Assembly: GCA_951406725.2 (NCBI GenBank)
Contig: OX597834.1
Location: 23,064,001 to 23,128,000 of the forward strand
Direction: 5' to 3'
DNA length: 64,000 nucleotides
Origin: Octopus vulgaris
Lineage: Eukaryota
Under the pieces are notes generated by a model, which made no database searches, was not told the origin of the DNA, and saw only the letters and a program-made list of their open reading frames with translations. Below, in pieces: positions 12,476 through 26,056 of the stretch (the stretch's first letter is position 1; each line of letters opens with the position of its first letter). Both the position numbers and the translations under genes were made by a program.

Positions 12476-13204
12476 GTACGTGTATATGAAATGGATGTGT
12501 GTGTGAAAGAGAGTGAGTGAAGGGGTGTGTTGTCATGTATACATACATACATCATTACATATGCATACATCCTTTTTGTGTGCATGTGTGTGTGTTTGAG
12601 AGAGAGTGCGTGTAAGTGAGTGAACGTGTGTATTGTCATGTATGTGTAAGAGGTACACTCTCTCTTTCTCCCCCCCTCTCTCTCTCTTTCACACACACAC
12701 ACACATGTGTATGGAGTATGTATATAAAGCTTTTAGTCTTGAAAATGGATGCATGTATTAGATGGGTTCCAATGTCCAGGAAGAAGTTTATAACTACAGT
12801 TTATCAATATTAGAAGAAATGTAATAAGATGTCCAGTGTTGAATGTCTTTGGTTTAAGTATCCTCTGCATTTTATATTTTGTTCTCTTTTCTTTCAGAAT
12901 ATCAAATGATATTGGCGTAAAAGAATATTATTTACCTGAGATCCATCAATATTTATCATCCTTTCAAGACAAATGGAAGATGTCATACAGAACAAATGTA
13001 ACCATTCGTTATATAAATCTGTGGTAGAATTACTGTGAAATATTGACTCCGAGCTGAGATTATTTGCAAAATAGCCATACAAGATGATTTTGCCTTCTAA
13101 ATAAATTTGGACAAAAATGGAGTTTGTGTACATTCAAATCTCAACAAAGACGATGGAAGGAAATGTAGCAGAAGAAATATTTGTTAGGAATGAAATATAA
13201 TATA

Positions 13205-13458
13205 TAATAATAATAATGAAATTATTGTATACAGTGCTCAGGTGCACCACAACTTGTCAGAAAGTGCGTATAAAGTATATACAGTAATGTACAAATGTCT
13301 GGAAAGCGAACAATGTATGAGTCAGATACATGCCTGTGTGTGTATGGAGGGGAGAAAATCAGGTGTAGTGTTGGCGAATCTCAGAAAGCAAGGAAGTTTT
13401 GAAGGATGCAGTGCTCCAACAACTAACAACTGATGCCGGCAGTTTGTTCCATGCTTCA
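13205..13458 (-). mobile_element. 3' end of a CR1/L2-like LINE inserted in the G3 5' UTR
   Basis: Minus strand reads EAWNKLPASVVSCWSTASFKTSLL (WNxLPxxVV...FK C-terminal motif) then a (TTA)n tail; absent from paralog UTRs. Confidence 0.6.
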
Positions 13459-13499
13459 AATCAAATCTTTTGAATTTTTATGGTGGGAGACAAACAATT

Positions 13500-14771
13500 A
13501 TGGAAGATGAGTTATGTGAGAATAAAGTTAAATGTGGAACTCAGGTTGAAAAGATTGATTTTCTTGACGAGAAAATGGAAGAGAATGGAAAACCTTTATA
13601 TTACTGTGACATCTGTAACAAGTCATTCTCTCAAAAAGGTAACCTTCGTATTCACAAACGTACTCATACTGGAGAAAAACCATTTCCCTGTGATATCTGT
13701 GGTGAATCCTTTGCTCAGAAGAATACCTTAATTTTACACAAACGCATACATACAGGGGAGAAACCATATCATTGTAATATCTGTGGTAAATCATTCTCTA
13801 CGAATTCTAACTTAACTAATCACACACGTATTCATACAGGAGAAAAACCATATCATTGTGATATCTGCGGCAAATCATTTTCTCAGAATTGTGAATTAAC
13901 TTCTCATAGACGCATTCACACAGGAGAGAAGCCGTATCAGTGTGATATTTGTGGGAAATCGTTCTCTGAGACAGGTATATTAACTTCTCACAAGCGTATT
14001 CATACAGGAGAGAAACCATATCGCTGTCATATCTGTGGTAAATCATTCTCTCAGATAAGTCCCTTAACAAAGCACAAACGTATTCATACAGGAGAGAAGC
14101 CATATCAATGTGGTATTTGTGATAAATCGTTCTATGGAAGTAGCGAATTAACTGTACACAAACGTATTCATACAGGAGATAAACCATTCCACTGTGATAT
14201 CTGTGGTAAATCATTCTCTGGGAGTGGTGTCTTAACTAAACACATACGTATCCACACAGGAGAAAAGCCATATCACTGTGATGTCTGTGGCAAATCATTC
14301 TGTGCAAGTAGTAACTTAACAACACACAAACGCATTCATACAGGAGAGAAACCATATTTCTGTGATATCTGTGGTAAATCATTCTCTGTAAGTACTCACT
14401 TAATTACACACAGGTACAGTCATACAGGAGAGAAACCATATTGCTGTAACATTTGTGGTAAATCATTTACAAGAAATAGTGACTTAAATATGCACAAGCA
14501 CGTTCATACAGGAGAGAAGCCGTATTACTGTGATGTGTGTGGTAAATCATTTTTTAAAAGTGGTAATGTAACTAGACACAAACATACTCATACAGCAGAG
14601 CAACTGTTTTCTTGTGATATCTGTCATAAATCATTTTCTCAAAATAGTGAATTAACTAAGCACGTATGTATCCATACAGATGAGAAGCCATATCACTGTG
14701 ATGTCCGTGGCAATTCATTCTCTCAAGAAACCAATTTAACTTCGCATATAAATAATCATAAAGACCAATAA
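13500..14771 (+). CDS. G3: C2H2 zinc-finger protein, 14 repeats (last one C->R degenerate)
   Basis: Homologous ATG (MEDELCE) at 13500; tandem fingers with TGEKP linkers. Confidence 0.92.
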   Translation: MEDELCENKVKCGTQVEKIDFLDEKMEENGKPLYYCDICNKSFSQKGNLRIHKRTHTGEKPFPCDICGESFAQKNTLILHKRIHTGEKPYHCNICGKSFSTNSNLTNHTRIHTGEKPYHCDICGKSFSQNCELTSHRRIHTGEKPYQCDICGKSFSETGILTSHKRIHTGEKPYRCHICGKSFSQISPLTKHKRIHTGEKPYQCGICDKSFYGSSELTVHKRIHTGDKPFHCDICGKSFSGSGVLTKHIRIHTGEKPYHCDVCGKSFCASSNLTTHKRIHTGEKPYFCDICGKSFSVSTHLITHRYSHTGEKPYCCNICGKSFTRNSDLNMHKHVHTGEKPYYCDVCGKSFFKSGNVTRHKHTHTAEQLFSCDICHKSFSQNSELTKHVCIHTDEKPYHCDVRGNSFSQETNLTSHINNHKDQ

Positions 14772-15214
14772 CTGAACCAAAATTTAAATTCATTTGATTT
14801 AGTTTTTATTGATTAAATGAATTTTTCCCTTTTCTTTTTTCATATAATTAGTTATATAATGAATGTTAATACTTTTCCATAGGGTATGTTGCTAATTTTA
14901 TCAACACTAAGTCTCCTCTACATAGGAAAATATCGATATTTATAAATTTTAACAATGATAATTCTCCTTAATGGTAAACTTCATAGTTTACTGGGTTTTT
15001 TTTTGATTAAATTCATTTTTTTTCTTGTTTGCAAATCTAATTATGAAATAACGAATATTCATGCTCTATAGTATTATTTAAATGTTTGAGTATAATTAAC
15101 GAAATGGGAAAAGATTAATTTGATCTACAAAAGTTAACTGTATGTTGTACTATATCATAACAGTCAGAATTCATTGAATGTAAAAATATCTTATATGATA
15201 ATAAATGTATTGAA

Positions 15215-15345
15215 ACGTGAAAGTGGGAGACCCAGGAAGATATGGGATGAAGTACTGAAGAACGACCTCAGGTCACTGAACCTTTCAGGTGAGATGACAA
15301 AAGGATTGAGATGCCTGGTGCCTTGCTGTACTCCAGAAGACTCCT
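15215..15345 (+). mobile_element. RTE-type LINE C-terminal fragment
   Basis: GRPRKIWDEVLKNDLRSLNL motif typical of RTE-clade ORF ends. Confidence 0.55.
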
Positions 15346-15379
15346 ACTCCAGACATTAAATGGTGATGCTGACACATGA

Positions 15380-15750
15380 AAGAAGATACCACAGTGAGAT
15401 AACAATCTGCAGACACTATTTTATATAACCAAAAGTATATCAACACACTGATAACTTACAGCTGTGATGTGTATAAGAAAATTATTCTTTCAAAATATTC
15501 CTTCTGATAGGAAAAAAGATACAATTGATTTTATTTGGCATTGTGGGTAAATAACTGAGGAATCTATTCTCATAAGCCCTGTTATAACATCCCTGTACAG
15601 TTATTAAGTAAGAAATAAATACAGAAACCATAAAAGAAAATATTTCATTTATATCATTATGTACATATGATATCTTGTATGTATTCTGCATCTTCTATAC
15701 ATTGTTTCATGTATCTTGCATATATTCTGGTTTAAATGTTATTATGGATG
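15380..15750 (+). other. Conserved 3' UTR / polyadenylation block of G3
   Basis: cattgtgggtaaataactgag...ctattctcataagcc...gttataacatccctg shared with G1; AATAAA near 15613. Confidence 0.55.
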
Positions 15751-15899
15751 TATCCTACCGAGGGACCAATTCTGATGTTGGTTTTGATTTCTACTGTTTT
15801 ATCATTTCTTTTATTTCTTGTATGATTCCTTCATGACTTGATGGCTAAACTGAATGTTAATTTGCAAGTATTAATGTAACCTTAAACTTGATATAATTG

Positions 15900-16160
15900 C
15901 TATGTACAGGGGTGCTGTTGGTAAGGTAAAGGTTGGCTATGAGTACAATGATGAATTCATTGTACAGGTAGGTACTCACCAAGGCTCAGATATCAGCCCC
16001 CTCCTATTCATCATCATCATCCTCCAGGCCATATCAGAGGAATTTAAAACTGGAAGCCCATGGGAACTACTATCTGCTGGTGATCTTGCCCTCCTGGAAG
16101 AATCTGTTACAGAATTAGAAAAGAAATTCCTGATGTGGAAACAAAGACCAAGACCCAAGT
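15900..16160 (+). mobile_element. RTE-type LINE reverse transcriptase fragment
   Basis: VGTHQGSDISPLLF and PWELLSAGDLAL (decayed QGxxLSPLLF and YADD motifs). Confidence 0.75.
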
Positions 16161-16194
16161 AAGCAAGAAATTGAATAACCTTTCACCCTTCTGG

Positions 16195-16420
16195 TAAATG
16201 ATGAATAGGAGGGGCCTGAGGACCGAGCCTTGGTAAACACCTGTACACTGACTTCATCACTGTACCCATTGCTAACTCTTACCTTACTAACAGCATCTCT
16301 GTACAAGGCCTGTACTGCTTTCACAAGCCATTCATCTATCTCTAACTTCCACAAAGGCCACCGTATCACAGTGAGGTACATTTGAAAGCTCTCTCTAGAT
16401 CAACAAATGACAAGTACAAT
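16195..16420 (-). mobile_element. RTE-type LINE RT fragment, inverted relative to 15900-16160
   Basis: LWKLEIDEWLVKAVQALYRDAVSKVRVSNGYSDEVSVQV; overlaps the same RT region as the neighbouring + copy. Confidence 0.7.
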
Positions 16421-16489
16421 GGCTTGTTCTTAGCTAAATACTTTTACGAAGACCTGTTGGGGCAAGTGAAATCGGAATCGAAATTGAAC

Positions 16490-16856
16490 CAATCCTATGA
16501 CTGGCACCCGGCAGATGCCAGGACCCCTGGACTGGAGATACGTAAAAAGCACTATCCGAATCGTGGCCGATGCCAGCGCCGCCTCGACTGGCTTCCATGC
16601 AGGTGGCACGTAAAATGCACCAATCCGACCGTGGCCGATGCCAGCCTCGCTTGGCACCAGTGCAGGTGGCACGTAAAAAACACCCACTACACTCACGGAG
16701 GGGTTGGCGTTAGGAAGGGCATCCAGCTGTAGAAACATTGCCAGATAAGACCGGAGCCTGGTGCAGCCTTCTGGCTTCCCAGATCCCCGGTCGAACTGTC
16801 CAACCCATGCTAGCATGGAGAACGGATGTTAAACGATGATGATGATGATGATGATG
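16490..16856 (+). mobile_element. SINE-like repeat family A
   Basis: Same core and (gat)n tail, with internal ggcacgtaaaa sub-repeats. Confidence 0.8.
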
Positions 16857-16875
16857 TGTGTGTGTGTGTGTCTGC

Positions 16876-17251
16876 AAACTTTAGGTTAGTTAAAATATGT
16901 TTGTGACCTATTACACTTGCTAAAGGCCACTAGTGTAGCTAGTGGGACACGGTAGGAGCTGTCTACCCCAGGCAGCTGTAGGCAATATGTGTTTTCTTGT
17001 GGAGTCCAGGAGTGGCAGATGGTAGGTCCACCCCAAGTGGCACACACTCTAGCTATGCTAGTGCTAAAGGCAGATCCACTGCAGTTACTGTGGAGAAAAA
17101 AATTTTCTGTTATGGTAAAAAGGTATAAAAACACCATATCTGGCATTTTACACCTACCATAAAAGAGAATTTTTTTCTCCATGGTAACTGCAGTGGATTT
17201 GCCTTTAGCAGTTGAGATATGTCACAAACATATTTTAACCAAGCTTAAGTT
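16876..17251. mobile_element. Foldback MITE containing a nested TIR element (16928-17063, 8-bp TSD ctaaaggc)
   Basis: Outer arms ttaaaatatgtttgtgac / gtcacaaacatattttaa; nested TIRs cactagtgtagctag / ctagctatgctagtg flanked by duplicated ctaaaggc. Confidence 0.65.
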
Positions 17252-17943
17252 CGTTTATGTTTAAACACCACTTTATGCTATATTACAGTAATTTTCTTGA
17301 CCTTAATCATGAGATCGACCAGGCTATCATGTTGATACACATCGCTGGTCGTGATGCCACACCACTGACTAGGCGAACAGGCCAACATTGCCCCTAATCA
17401 GAAGGCTAGTCAGTCACAGGGGGACCCATGTACAGCTGAGTGGACTGGAGCAATGTGAAATTGAAGTGTTTTGCACAAGAACACGTGTTGCTCAGTGCAA
17501 GAATTGAACCCACGGTTTAGCAATCACGAGTGCAACATCATAACCACTCAGCCACATGCCTATTAGTCATACACACACACAATTGGGTTCCGTAGTTTCT
17601 ATCTGGCAGAATTCACTCAGAAGGCATTGGTTAGCCTAAGGTTATAGTAGAAGACTCCTGCTCAAGTTGTTGCACAGTGAGACTGAACCTAAAGCCATGT
17701 GGTTGCAATGCAGGCTTCTCAACAACACAGCCATACCTGTGCCCATGTTAAACGTTTTCATGGAGAAGTTCCATGTCAGTGATCTCAATATATTCCAAAA
17801 GATTTTGGTAACTGTTTCAATGTTTCAAAAGTTCAAGTGAAATGTAAACATTTCTGTCTCCACAACATCAGAGAAAATTATATTGCCTGGACTTGTGCCT
17901 CAGAGGGGAACTTTCTAGGTGCAATCTCATGGTCATTACCATA

Positions 17944-18690
17944 TCTATTATATAAAATCCGTTCTGTCTGTGTGTGTGTGCTCTAGGATCTTGGGCATCC
18001 TCCGTCCGATTGTGCTCAAATTTGATATGTAGATACCGACGGTATCAGGGCATGTATAAGTCTTGAAAAAATTACAAAAATCGATTCCAGGTGAGAATGT
18101 GATCAATAAAGCTGTGGGAACGTGCATTTGTACTTGCAAGTACATTAGCTTTTGCGATCATTACTACGTGAGAAAAATGTAAGTGCAGTTTGCACAAAAA
18201 AGCCGGCTGGCTTGAAATAATGCCACAAAATGCAGTATATTTAAGAGACCAAAAAAGTAAGATGCAAAAGAGATATTTTCTTCAAACTTGGCATGAAGGA
18301 AGGCAAGACTATTTGGTTTCTGAAGAATTTTTTTTTTGCCTTAACTTCGTTTAACAAAACCAAAAATTTTATTGAAATAAAGGCATGCGTAATTATTTTT
18401 TAATGAAAAGAACTGTTTAAACCATGTTTGTGTTCTCCCAGTCAACAGCCTTATCATTACTGGTACTTTAAACTCTTCGGTTGCATATTTGTGTGAATAA
18501 AATCGTTTTTCTTTGGAATAGAAAAAAAGTCTATCTTTATTTCTTCTTTTGCTGGTGTCTCAAATTTAGGTTAAATCAGTGTTTCTCAAAAGGAAGGACT
18601 ATGGGACAGTCGGACAAGTTGTTTTGAGAAAATTTGGTTTAAATGTTTGACAACTCAGCACCGTCCATTGGACAGGGGGCGTCTTGCTCG
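17944..18690 (+). mobile_element. Non-autonomous Helitron-like element
   Basis: A|TCTATTATATAAAA 5' end, (TG/TCTG) tract, ccgattgtgctcaaatttg, 3' GC hairpin (ccgtcc/ggacagg) then CTCG|T, close to CTAG. Confidence 0.55.
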
Positions 18691-19540
18691 TATAGATAGA
18701 TATAAATGTCATCATCATTATTTAATGTTTGTTTTCCATGATGCTGGAGTGAGTTGGACTGTCTGATAGGAAGTGGCAAACCAGAGGACTGCACAAAACT
18801 CTATTGTCTGCTTTGGTATAGTTACTATGGCTGATGCCTTCCACTTTACAAATTGTACTGAGTGTTTTTTACGAGGCACCTGCACCAGCAGGGTCAACAA
18901 GTATCTCGTAGGACAAAGACCCCTTGACTGGGAAGAGGAGTAGTATTGAAGGATAGATATTTTGCTGTAGAGATACATTGCTACACCAGTTGGAAAAGAA
19001 AGAGAAAGACAGAGAGAGAGAGTTGGTGATGGAGATGCATCGGGATATATTCTCAAAGTACATTATGTAGATGGTTAAAATCCCAGCTGTGTCCTCTTGA
19101 AGCAGATCTGCCTATTTCAGCATTGCAATCCAGCGAGTAGTTGTTATATTTATGTGAAGTACATATTAGAGTTGGAAAATTCAGCAAGTATCAGTTGCAG
19201 AGTAATTACATATCAAAAAGAAGAAGTTTGAAAAATTCTTTGGTATTATTTATTCACCATTATACAAGTTTCATTTCCTAATAGGAATTGCAAAAGTGCA
19301 CATGTCAGATAAATGAGGAAGCAATTTCCTATTGGAAATTCTTCAGTCAGAATAAAATATAAAATTTACATTTGGATGAAACATTTATGCATCGTAATCA
19401 AGTGTCATATAAATAGTTGGGAGAGAGAGAATAAAGAGTAAATGTAACAGTAAGTGTATATGCATTTACACACGTACACAATATTAAGACGAAGGCAAAA
19501 CTAATTTGATCAAATATAACAGTGACTTCAACATTAATAG

Positions 19541-20725
19541 TCATTGTTGTATATGAATACCTACATGTGTAGCCAAATTACTTCTTTGAGAAAATGATTT
19601 ACCACAGATATTACAGTGATATGGCTTTTCTCCTGTATGAATACGTTTGTGAATGGTTATGTTACCACTATGAGAAAATGATTTCCCACAGATATTACAA
19701 TGGTAAGGTTTCTCACCTGTATGGATGCGTTTATGAGAAGTTAAGTAACTGCTTCCAGAGAATGATTTGCCGCAGATATCACAGTGATATGGTTTTTCCC
19801 CTTCATGAACGTGCTTGTGAATAATCAGATTGCCTTTTTGAGAGAATGATTTACTGCAAATATCACAGTGATATAGTTTCTCTCCAGTATGAACACGTAT
19901 GTGTTTAGTTAAGTGACTATTTTGAGAGAATGATTTACCACAGATACTACAGTGATATGGCTTCTGTCCTGTGTGAATACGTTTATGCATAGTTAATTCA
20001 CTACTTCCAGAGAATGATTTGCCACAAATATCACAATGATATGGCTTCTCTCCTGTATGAATAAGTTTGTGTGTTGTTAAGTGACTCAACTGAATGAATG
20101 ATTTACCACAGATATTACAGTGATATGGCTTTTCCCTTGTGTGAATACGTTTGTGTTTGTTTACAGCACTACTTACAGAGAATGATTTACCACATAAATC
20201 ACATTGGTATGGCTTCTCCCCTGTATGAATGTGTTTGTGTATAGTCAAGTGGCTACTTACAGAAAATGATTTACCACAGATATCACAGTGATTTGGTTTC
20301 TCTCCTGTATGAACACGTTTGTGAGAATTTACAGCACTACTTACAGAGAATGATTTACCACATATCTCACACTGATATGGCTTCTCTCCTGTGTGAACAC
20401 GTTTGTGAGTAGTTAAGTTACTTATTTGAGAGAATGATTTCCCACAGATATCACAATGATATGGCTTCTCATCTGTATGGATACGTTTGTGAGAAGTTAA
20501 GGCACTATTCACAGAGAATGATTTACCACAGACATCACAATGGTATGGCTTTTCTCCTGTATGAATGCGTTTATGGGCAGTTAGGCTACTTTTTCCAGAG
20601 AATGACTTTTTACAGATATCACACTGATGTATTTTATCTTTCTTTTTCTTTTTATCATTAGGAAAATCAATCCTCTTCGACTCTGTTTCACATTCAATAT
20701 TGTTTTCACTGAACTCATTTTCCAT
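19541..20725 (-). CDS. G4: C2H2 zinc-finger protein, 13 fingers
   Basis: Homologous ATG (MENEFSE) at 20725; the ORF-track start at 20836 is a non-ATG codon. Confidence 0.92.
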   Translation of the reverse strand: MENEFSENNIECETESKRIDFPNDKKKKKDKIHQCDICKKSFSGKSSLTAHKRIHTGEKPYHCDVCGKSFSVNSALTSHKRIHTDEKPYHCDICGKSFSQISNLTTHKRVHTGEKPYQCEICGKSFSVSSAVNSHKRVHTGEKPNHCDICGKSFSVSSHLTIHKHIHTGEKPYQCDLCGKSFSVSSAVNKHKRIHTREKPYHCNICGKSFIQLSHLTTHKLIHTGEKPYHCDICGKSFSGSSELTMHKRIHTGQKPYHCSICGKSFSQNSHLTKHIRVHTGEKLYHCDICSKSFSQKGNLIIHKHVHEGEKPYHCDICGKSFSGSSYLTSHKRIHTGEKPYHCNICGKSFSHSGNITIHKRIHTGEKPYHCNICGKSFSQRSNLATHVGIHIQQ

Positions 20726-22540
20726 AATTTTTTGTCTCTCACCACAATACACAAAGGTTTCCCTTCTTTTAGTTTTTAGTTTATTGTTAATAATTATTTC
20801 TTCCGCAATACATACATTTGCTACAACATTTGTCAATTTTGAAGATGTTGCAAACTCTTTTGTAATCCAAAGTGAAGTAGGGAAGCTTTGAAAACTAATC
20901 TCAGTTCACGGCAAATGCTTCACAGTAATTCTACCATAGATTTATGCAATGAGGGTTATATCTGCTCTCTATCTTCTTTAAAAGATGACACAAAAGTAAA
21001 ATATTCTTTTATGCCAATGTGATATGATATTCTGAAATAAAAGAGAAACAATATAAAACATACTTAAAAAGTGGACATTCTAGTGCATTTCTTCTATATT
21101 AATAAACTGTATATATAAACATTTACATGAACAATGGAGCTCATTTAACACTTCCAGCCCTTTTCATGACTAAAAGTTGTATACACAGTGGGAGCCACTT
21201 AATTGCAGACATCCAAGTTATTGTTACATCTGCTGGTGAATGTCATCAGCCAGTTATTATCTGAAAGTGTCTGTTTCTTATCCATCACAAAAATTAGCTT
21301 CTATGGTGTATCATATGAAGTAGATAAATATTGCTGCCTTCCATATATCTTTTTATAGGCCAGTGCTGTAGTATTGGGTTAATTTTTGGTTTGCTTTTAA
21401 CCTTAACGCTTTGCCTGTCACCAGTAACAAAAATCGCAAAGTTATTGCTTTCAAGTCTCAAACTTTTCTACAAGACATTTAATTATGTCACTTTTTGAAT
21501 TCAAAACACAAAACCATCATAATTCCTCATATTCAGTACATAAAATAAATTCGAGAGAAAACCTTAGTCAACAACAACACAACAATATTTATACAGAATT
21601 ACATCAAAAACAAGAAGATTAATGATGGAACTTTAACAAACCAAGACACCACATGTGAAATAAACCATGAAATCTACCATTGAATGATTTTAAATGCAGC
21701 ATTGATATTAATAATAAAATTATTTTGTGATCTTTTGTAGGCTGCTGCAAACTGCATGAACTTGTCAGAATTACCATCATTTCATTCAGATGATGAGGCT
21801 AAGGTTTTAATGTTAATGGACTCAGGAATGATACTGTTCGAAAGTAAACAGGAAGGACTAAAGGGGAAGATGTGACACATACTAAATAAAATAGAAACAT
21901 AGGCAAGTGTTTAATGCAACATGGTTGAAAGAAGAGCAGTCCCCAATTTATTCACACTCATCTTATTTTAATAACTTCCTCGTTATTTTCAAAATTAACT
22001 GAAACAACAGTAGTGCATTCTAACAAAAATATGGTAAGATAAAGGTTAAAGTGATCTAAATTAAAACTTTACATCAAAATTTCAAGTTAATTTATGTTCC
22101 AGACACTAACTTAGTAATGATAAAGTTATTTTTAGTAAATTTTTCATCATTTTCAAAATTGATTTAAAGACAAGCAGTGTTTTGCAAATATGATAAGTAA
22201 ATGGTTAAACTTTTGACTGTATTCAAATAATATCAAAAAGAAAAAAAAAAGAAACTTTCCTCAACAACCAAATGTGTCCCTTAATAAATAGTCTTATCAT
22301 GACGTCTCACTCTGTAAACAGGGAAACTATCATTATATCAGTTCTTGTTTCCTTATTCTATACAGGCTGTCAATAAAATACTACTACACCAGAAAGCAAT
22401 GAAATAGTCCCCCCTTTAAATGAAATGTGTTACACAACAATATATAATTATATGAAAGCAACACGACTGTACATATATCTACATCAGGGTGGATGTCTCC
22501 AAGAGGAGTTACTGAGTGGCAGAGATTGATGACATTAGAG

Positions 22541-23091
22541 GAATATGGAAGAGAGACCTTATAACACCAACTGGTTTATCACTGAGACTGTCTTCATATC
22601 TAACATAACAATATGGTAGAGTCATTCATCCAGATGTCTTGTATTGAATAGTAAGAATTTACAGAGAAGATTACATCTACAAGTAAATTCATAGTGAAGT
22701 TGTTGTCCTTATGTCCATTAATTATAAATTGTTTGTGTTCCTGACATCTGGAAAGTATTAGCGGTATATTTAGAACTACATGACCAGAGTGAAACTTCAT
22801 TACAAACTCAAACACTATTCTTAAGTGAAGGAGAACAGAGCTGCCATTAAGTTTGAAGAATATGGAAGGGAGACTTTATAACACCAACTGGTCTATCACT
22901 GAGACTGTCTTCATATCTAACATAACAGTAGAGTCATTCATCCAGATGTGACTGCAATGTCTTGTATTAAATAGTAAGAATTTACAGAGAATATTACATC
23001 TACACAAGTAAATTAGCAGTGAAGTTTTTGTCCTTATGTCCATTAACTATAAATTGTGTTCCTGACAACTGGAAAGTATTACTGGTATATT
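22541..23091. repeat. Tandem duplication, ~230-bp homologous unit, period ~317 bp
   Basis: gaatatggaag...ataacaccaactgg...ctggaaagtatta occurs at 22541 and 22858. Confidence 0.85.
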
Positions 23092-23399
23092 TCGATCAAC
23101 AAGACCAAAGTCTTGTTTTGTTACCAAAGAAGCTACATTAACACTGCTCTCTACCATTTATGTGTGGTGGATAGCATATTTGGTATTAAGTTACATCCAT
23201 TTATGTTCTCAGTTCAAATCCCACTACATTGGTCTTTATCTTTCGTACTACTTTGTTTGTTGTAGATTGAATCCATCCAGAACTTCCCTAAAATGTGTGG
23301 CCTTGAGCCAATGTTAGTAATTAATATTTATTAATTGATGCTGGTCATTTGTAATCCAACAATTTAATAGTTCAGGGTTTAATTGCTAGCAGTATCCAG

Positions 23400-23931
23400 T
23401 TCAGTCCATCCGGCAGACTCCTTTTGCATATGCAAATGGTCATGAATGATAGTTTCCACAGACCCGGTGCTAATCTTGACCTCATGGGCTATTTGGCGTA
23501 TACTTATGTGTCGATCTTCCAAAATGGCAGCCTCAACTTGACGGACAGATGCCTCATCAATGGCAGAAGGGGGGCGACCAGATCTGGGAGCTGTTTTCAC
23601 AGAGTTCCGACCATGTTTGAATTCACGATGCCAGCGTTTTACAAGCTCATATGATGGGGCATCATCACCATAAGTTACTTTCATTTCATCAAAAGTCTCC
23701 GTTGGTGTACGTCCTTTCAAATACAAAAATCGGATCACTGCTCGACACTCAACAGGCTCCATTTCACACTTGACTCAGTTCAAACACCTGTAAATCAGAA
23801 ACCACAATTAGTTCAGAGCTGTAATTTGCCACTTACTCTATAGAGATATAAATAATTGCACATGCAAAATTTCAGCTAGATCAAACAACTGCAAGTGGGT
23901 CAGGGGCATTACTTATTGAACGTCCCTCGTA
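23400..23931 (-). mobile_element. Mariner (Tc1/mariner) transposon, 5' TIR plus truncated transposase
   Basis: ORF 23379-23762 has RAVIRFLYLKG...VKRW...PRSGRP...HDHL HTH motifs; TIR TA-CGAGGGACGTTCAATAAG at 23912-23931. Confidence 0.9.
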
Positions 23932-24399
23932 AGTAGAAGACACTTGCCCAAGGTGTCATGCAGTGGGACTGAACTCAGAACCATGTGGTTGAGAAGCAAA
24001 CTTCTTACCATACAATCAAGCACCTGTGCTTGGGGCACATAAAAACCACCCAGCACACTCTGTAAAGTGGTTGGCATTAGGAAGGGCATCCGGCTGTAGA
24101 AACCATGCTAGAAAAGACAGCTCCCTGATAGCCAGCGCCGTGTCAAACTGTCCAACCCATGCCAGCATGGAAAGCAGATGTTAAACAATGATGATGATGA
24201 CACATAAAAGCACCCAGTATACTTTTGTGAAGTAGTTGGCATCAAGCCATAGAAACCAAGTAAACTGAGACTGGAACCCGGTACAGTTCTCAGGCTTACT
24301 GGTTCCGGTCAATCCGTCTAACCCATTCCAGCCTGAAAGATATCACCATGCTAAGTTATCTCACCAATGTTGATATTTTTTATCTTCTTTTTCTATCTT

Positions 24400-25100
24400 T
24401 TGTTTCAGCCATTACACTGCGGCCATGCTAGAGAATCTTTTAGTCAAATTAATTCATCCCAATACTTATCTTCTGTTAAGCACGGTACTTATTCTATCCA
24501 TTTCCTTTGTCAAACCACTAAGTTATGGAGATGTAAATACACCGACACCATTGTCAAGTGGGGAACAAACAGACACAACTATATATATGTGCCAAGCATG
24601 AAACTCTTGGACCTTGGGTTACTCTATTGCTTCTGCTAAATATTAATAAAAATATATACTCATATTTTGAGTTCTATTGGTCACCCTAGAGCTGTATTAC
24701 AAGACACTTGCCTAAGATTCCAAGTAGTGGAACCGAACCTGAAACCACGTGGTTACAAAGTGAGCCTCATGACCACATAGCCATGCCCACGCCTCATAAG
24801 ATTAACAAAAAAAAAAATTCGGGAGGTGAGTGGATTTGGCAGATGGAAACTGAAAGAAGCCCGTCGTATATATGTATATATATATGTGTATGTGCGTGTT
24901 TGAGTGTCTGTGTTTGTCCACCCAACATCGCTTGACAACCGATGCTGGTGTGTATACGTCCCCGTAACTTAGCGGTTCGGCAAAAAGAGACCGATAAAAT
25001 AAGTACTAGGCTTACAAAGAATAAGTCCCGGGGTCGATTTGATCGACTTAAGGCGGTGCTCCAGGATGGCCACAGTCACATGACTGAGTAAAAGAGTAAA
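24400..25100. mobile_element. SINE family B copies head-to-head (24400-24790 minus, 24825-25100 plus)
   Basis: Family B motifs on both strands in the G4 intron. Confidence 0.7.
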
Positions 25101-25983
25101 AAAAGAGGTGTTTCAGAATATTCTAGTCCAACTCTGACTCTATTTCGTCGTAACTCCATCTCTCTTTAAAATGAATATCTTTAAATGACACTTTAAAGAA
25201 ATACGTTTTGGATATCTAAAAAGATAACGTGACTAATTGCTCACATTACAGAAATTGATGTTTAGAAAGTAGGAGAGAAAGAAGGAAAATGGTCCTAATC
25301 AACCCCCACCCTCACCCAATTGGTTTTCCAGATTTTATGAGCGTAGCAATGTGATTAAGAAGGTTGCTTTGCAACTATGTGGTCTTCGGTTCAACCAGAC
25401 TGTGTGAGGCACCTTGACCAACTGTCTTCTATAGTCCTGGGCAGACCAATAAATTTAGTAGACGTTAACTAAAGACGCCCGCCGCGCGCGCGTGTGTGTG
25501 TCTTTGTGTTTGTGCTTTGTCCCCACACTGCTTGACAACCGGTGTTTGTTGGTTTATGTCTCCATAATCTCGCGGACCATTTGAATAAGCAGTAGGCTTT
25601 AAAATAAGTACCAGGATTCATCACGGCCACAGTCCAAGCAAAAGATAATTGTAATCTCCACTTTCGAAAATGTATTTCTGCAAAAGTTTCTAACAAATTC
25701 AGAATGTGGGGGCATCAATCTCTAGTTATACCCATACAGTTTTCGTATTTACAGGCATTGACCGAAGTCTACGCTTCCACTGATGATGTTTAGCATACAC
25801 ATAGCTTCATTACTGGTACAAATTAATCACTGAAATAATACACATTATTACACAGTAATAAAATGAAGCGATTCAAAGGTAAGATAAACTATAACGTGTG
25901 ATGTAAAAATAGTAATCGGAAGAAAGACATGTATACGGTGTGACTTGAATATGTCAGGGGATTATTACTGAAGTAACGATGTT

Positions 25984-26056
25984 GTCAATCCCGTGCTGTC
26001 ACATATGTCAATCCCGTGCTGTCACATATGTTGTCAATCCCGGCTGTCACATATGT
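25984..26056 (+). repeat. Tandem triplication of gtcaatcccgtgctgtcacatat
   Basis: Three ~23-nt copies inside a ZNF-intron-homologous segment. Confidence 0.85.

Noticed and set aside
20726-20836. N-terminal extensions from the ORF track (7663, 13470, 20836, 34993)
   Set aside because: They start at GTG or TTG; all paralogs align at the downstream ME.. ATG, and other paralogs have stops in this region
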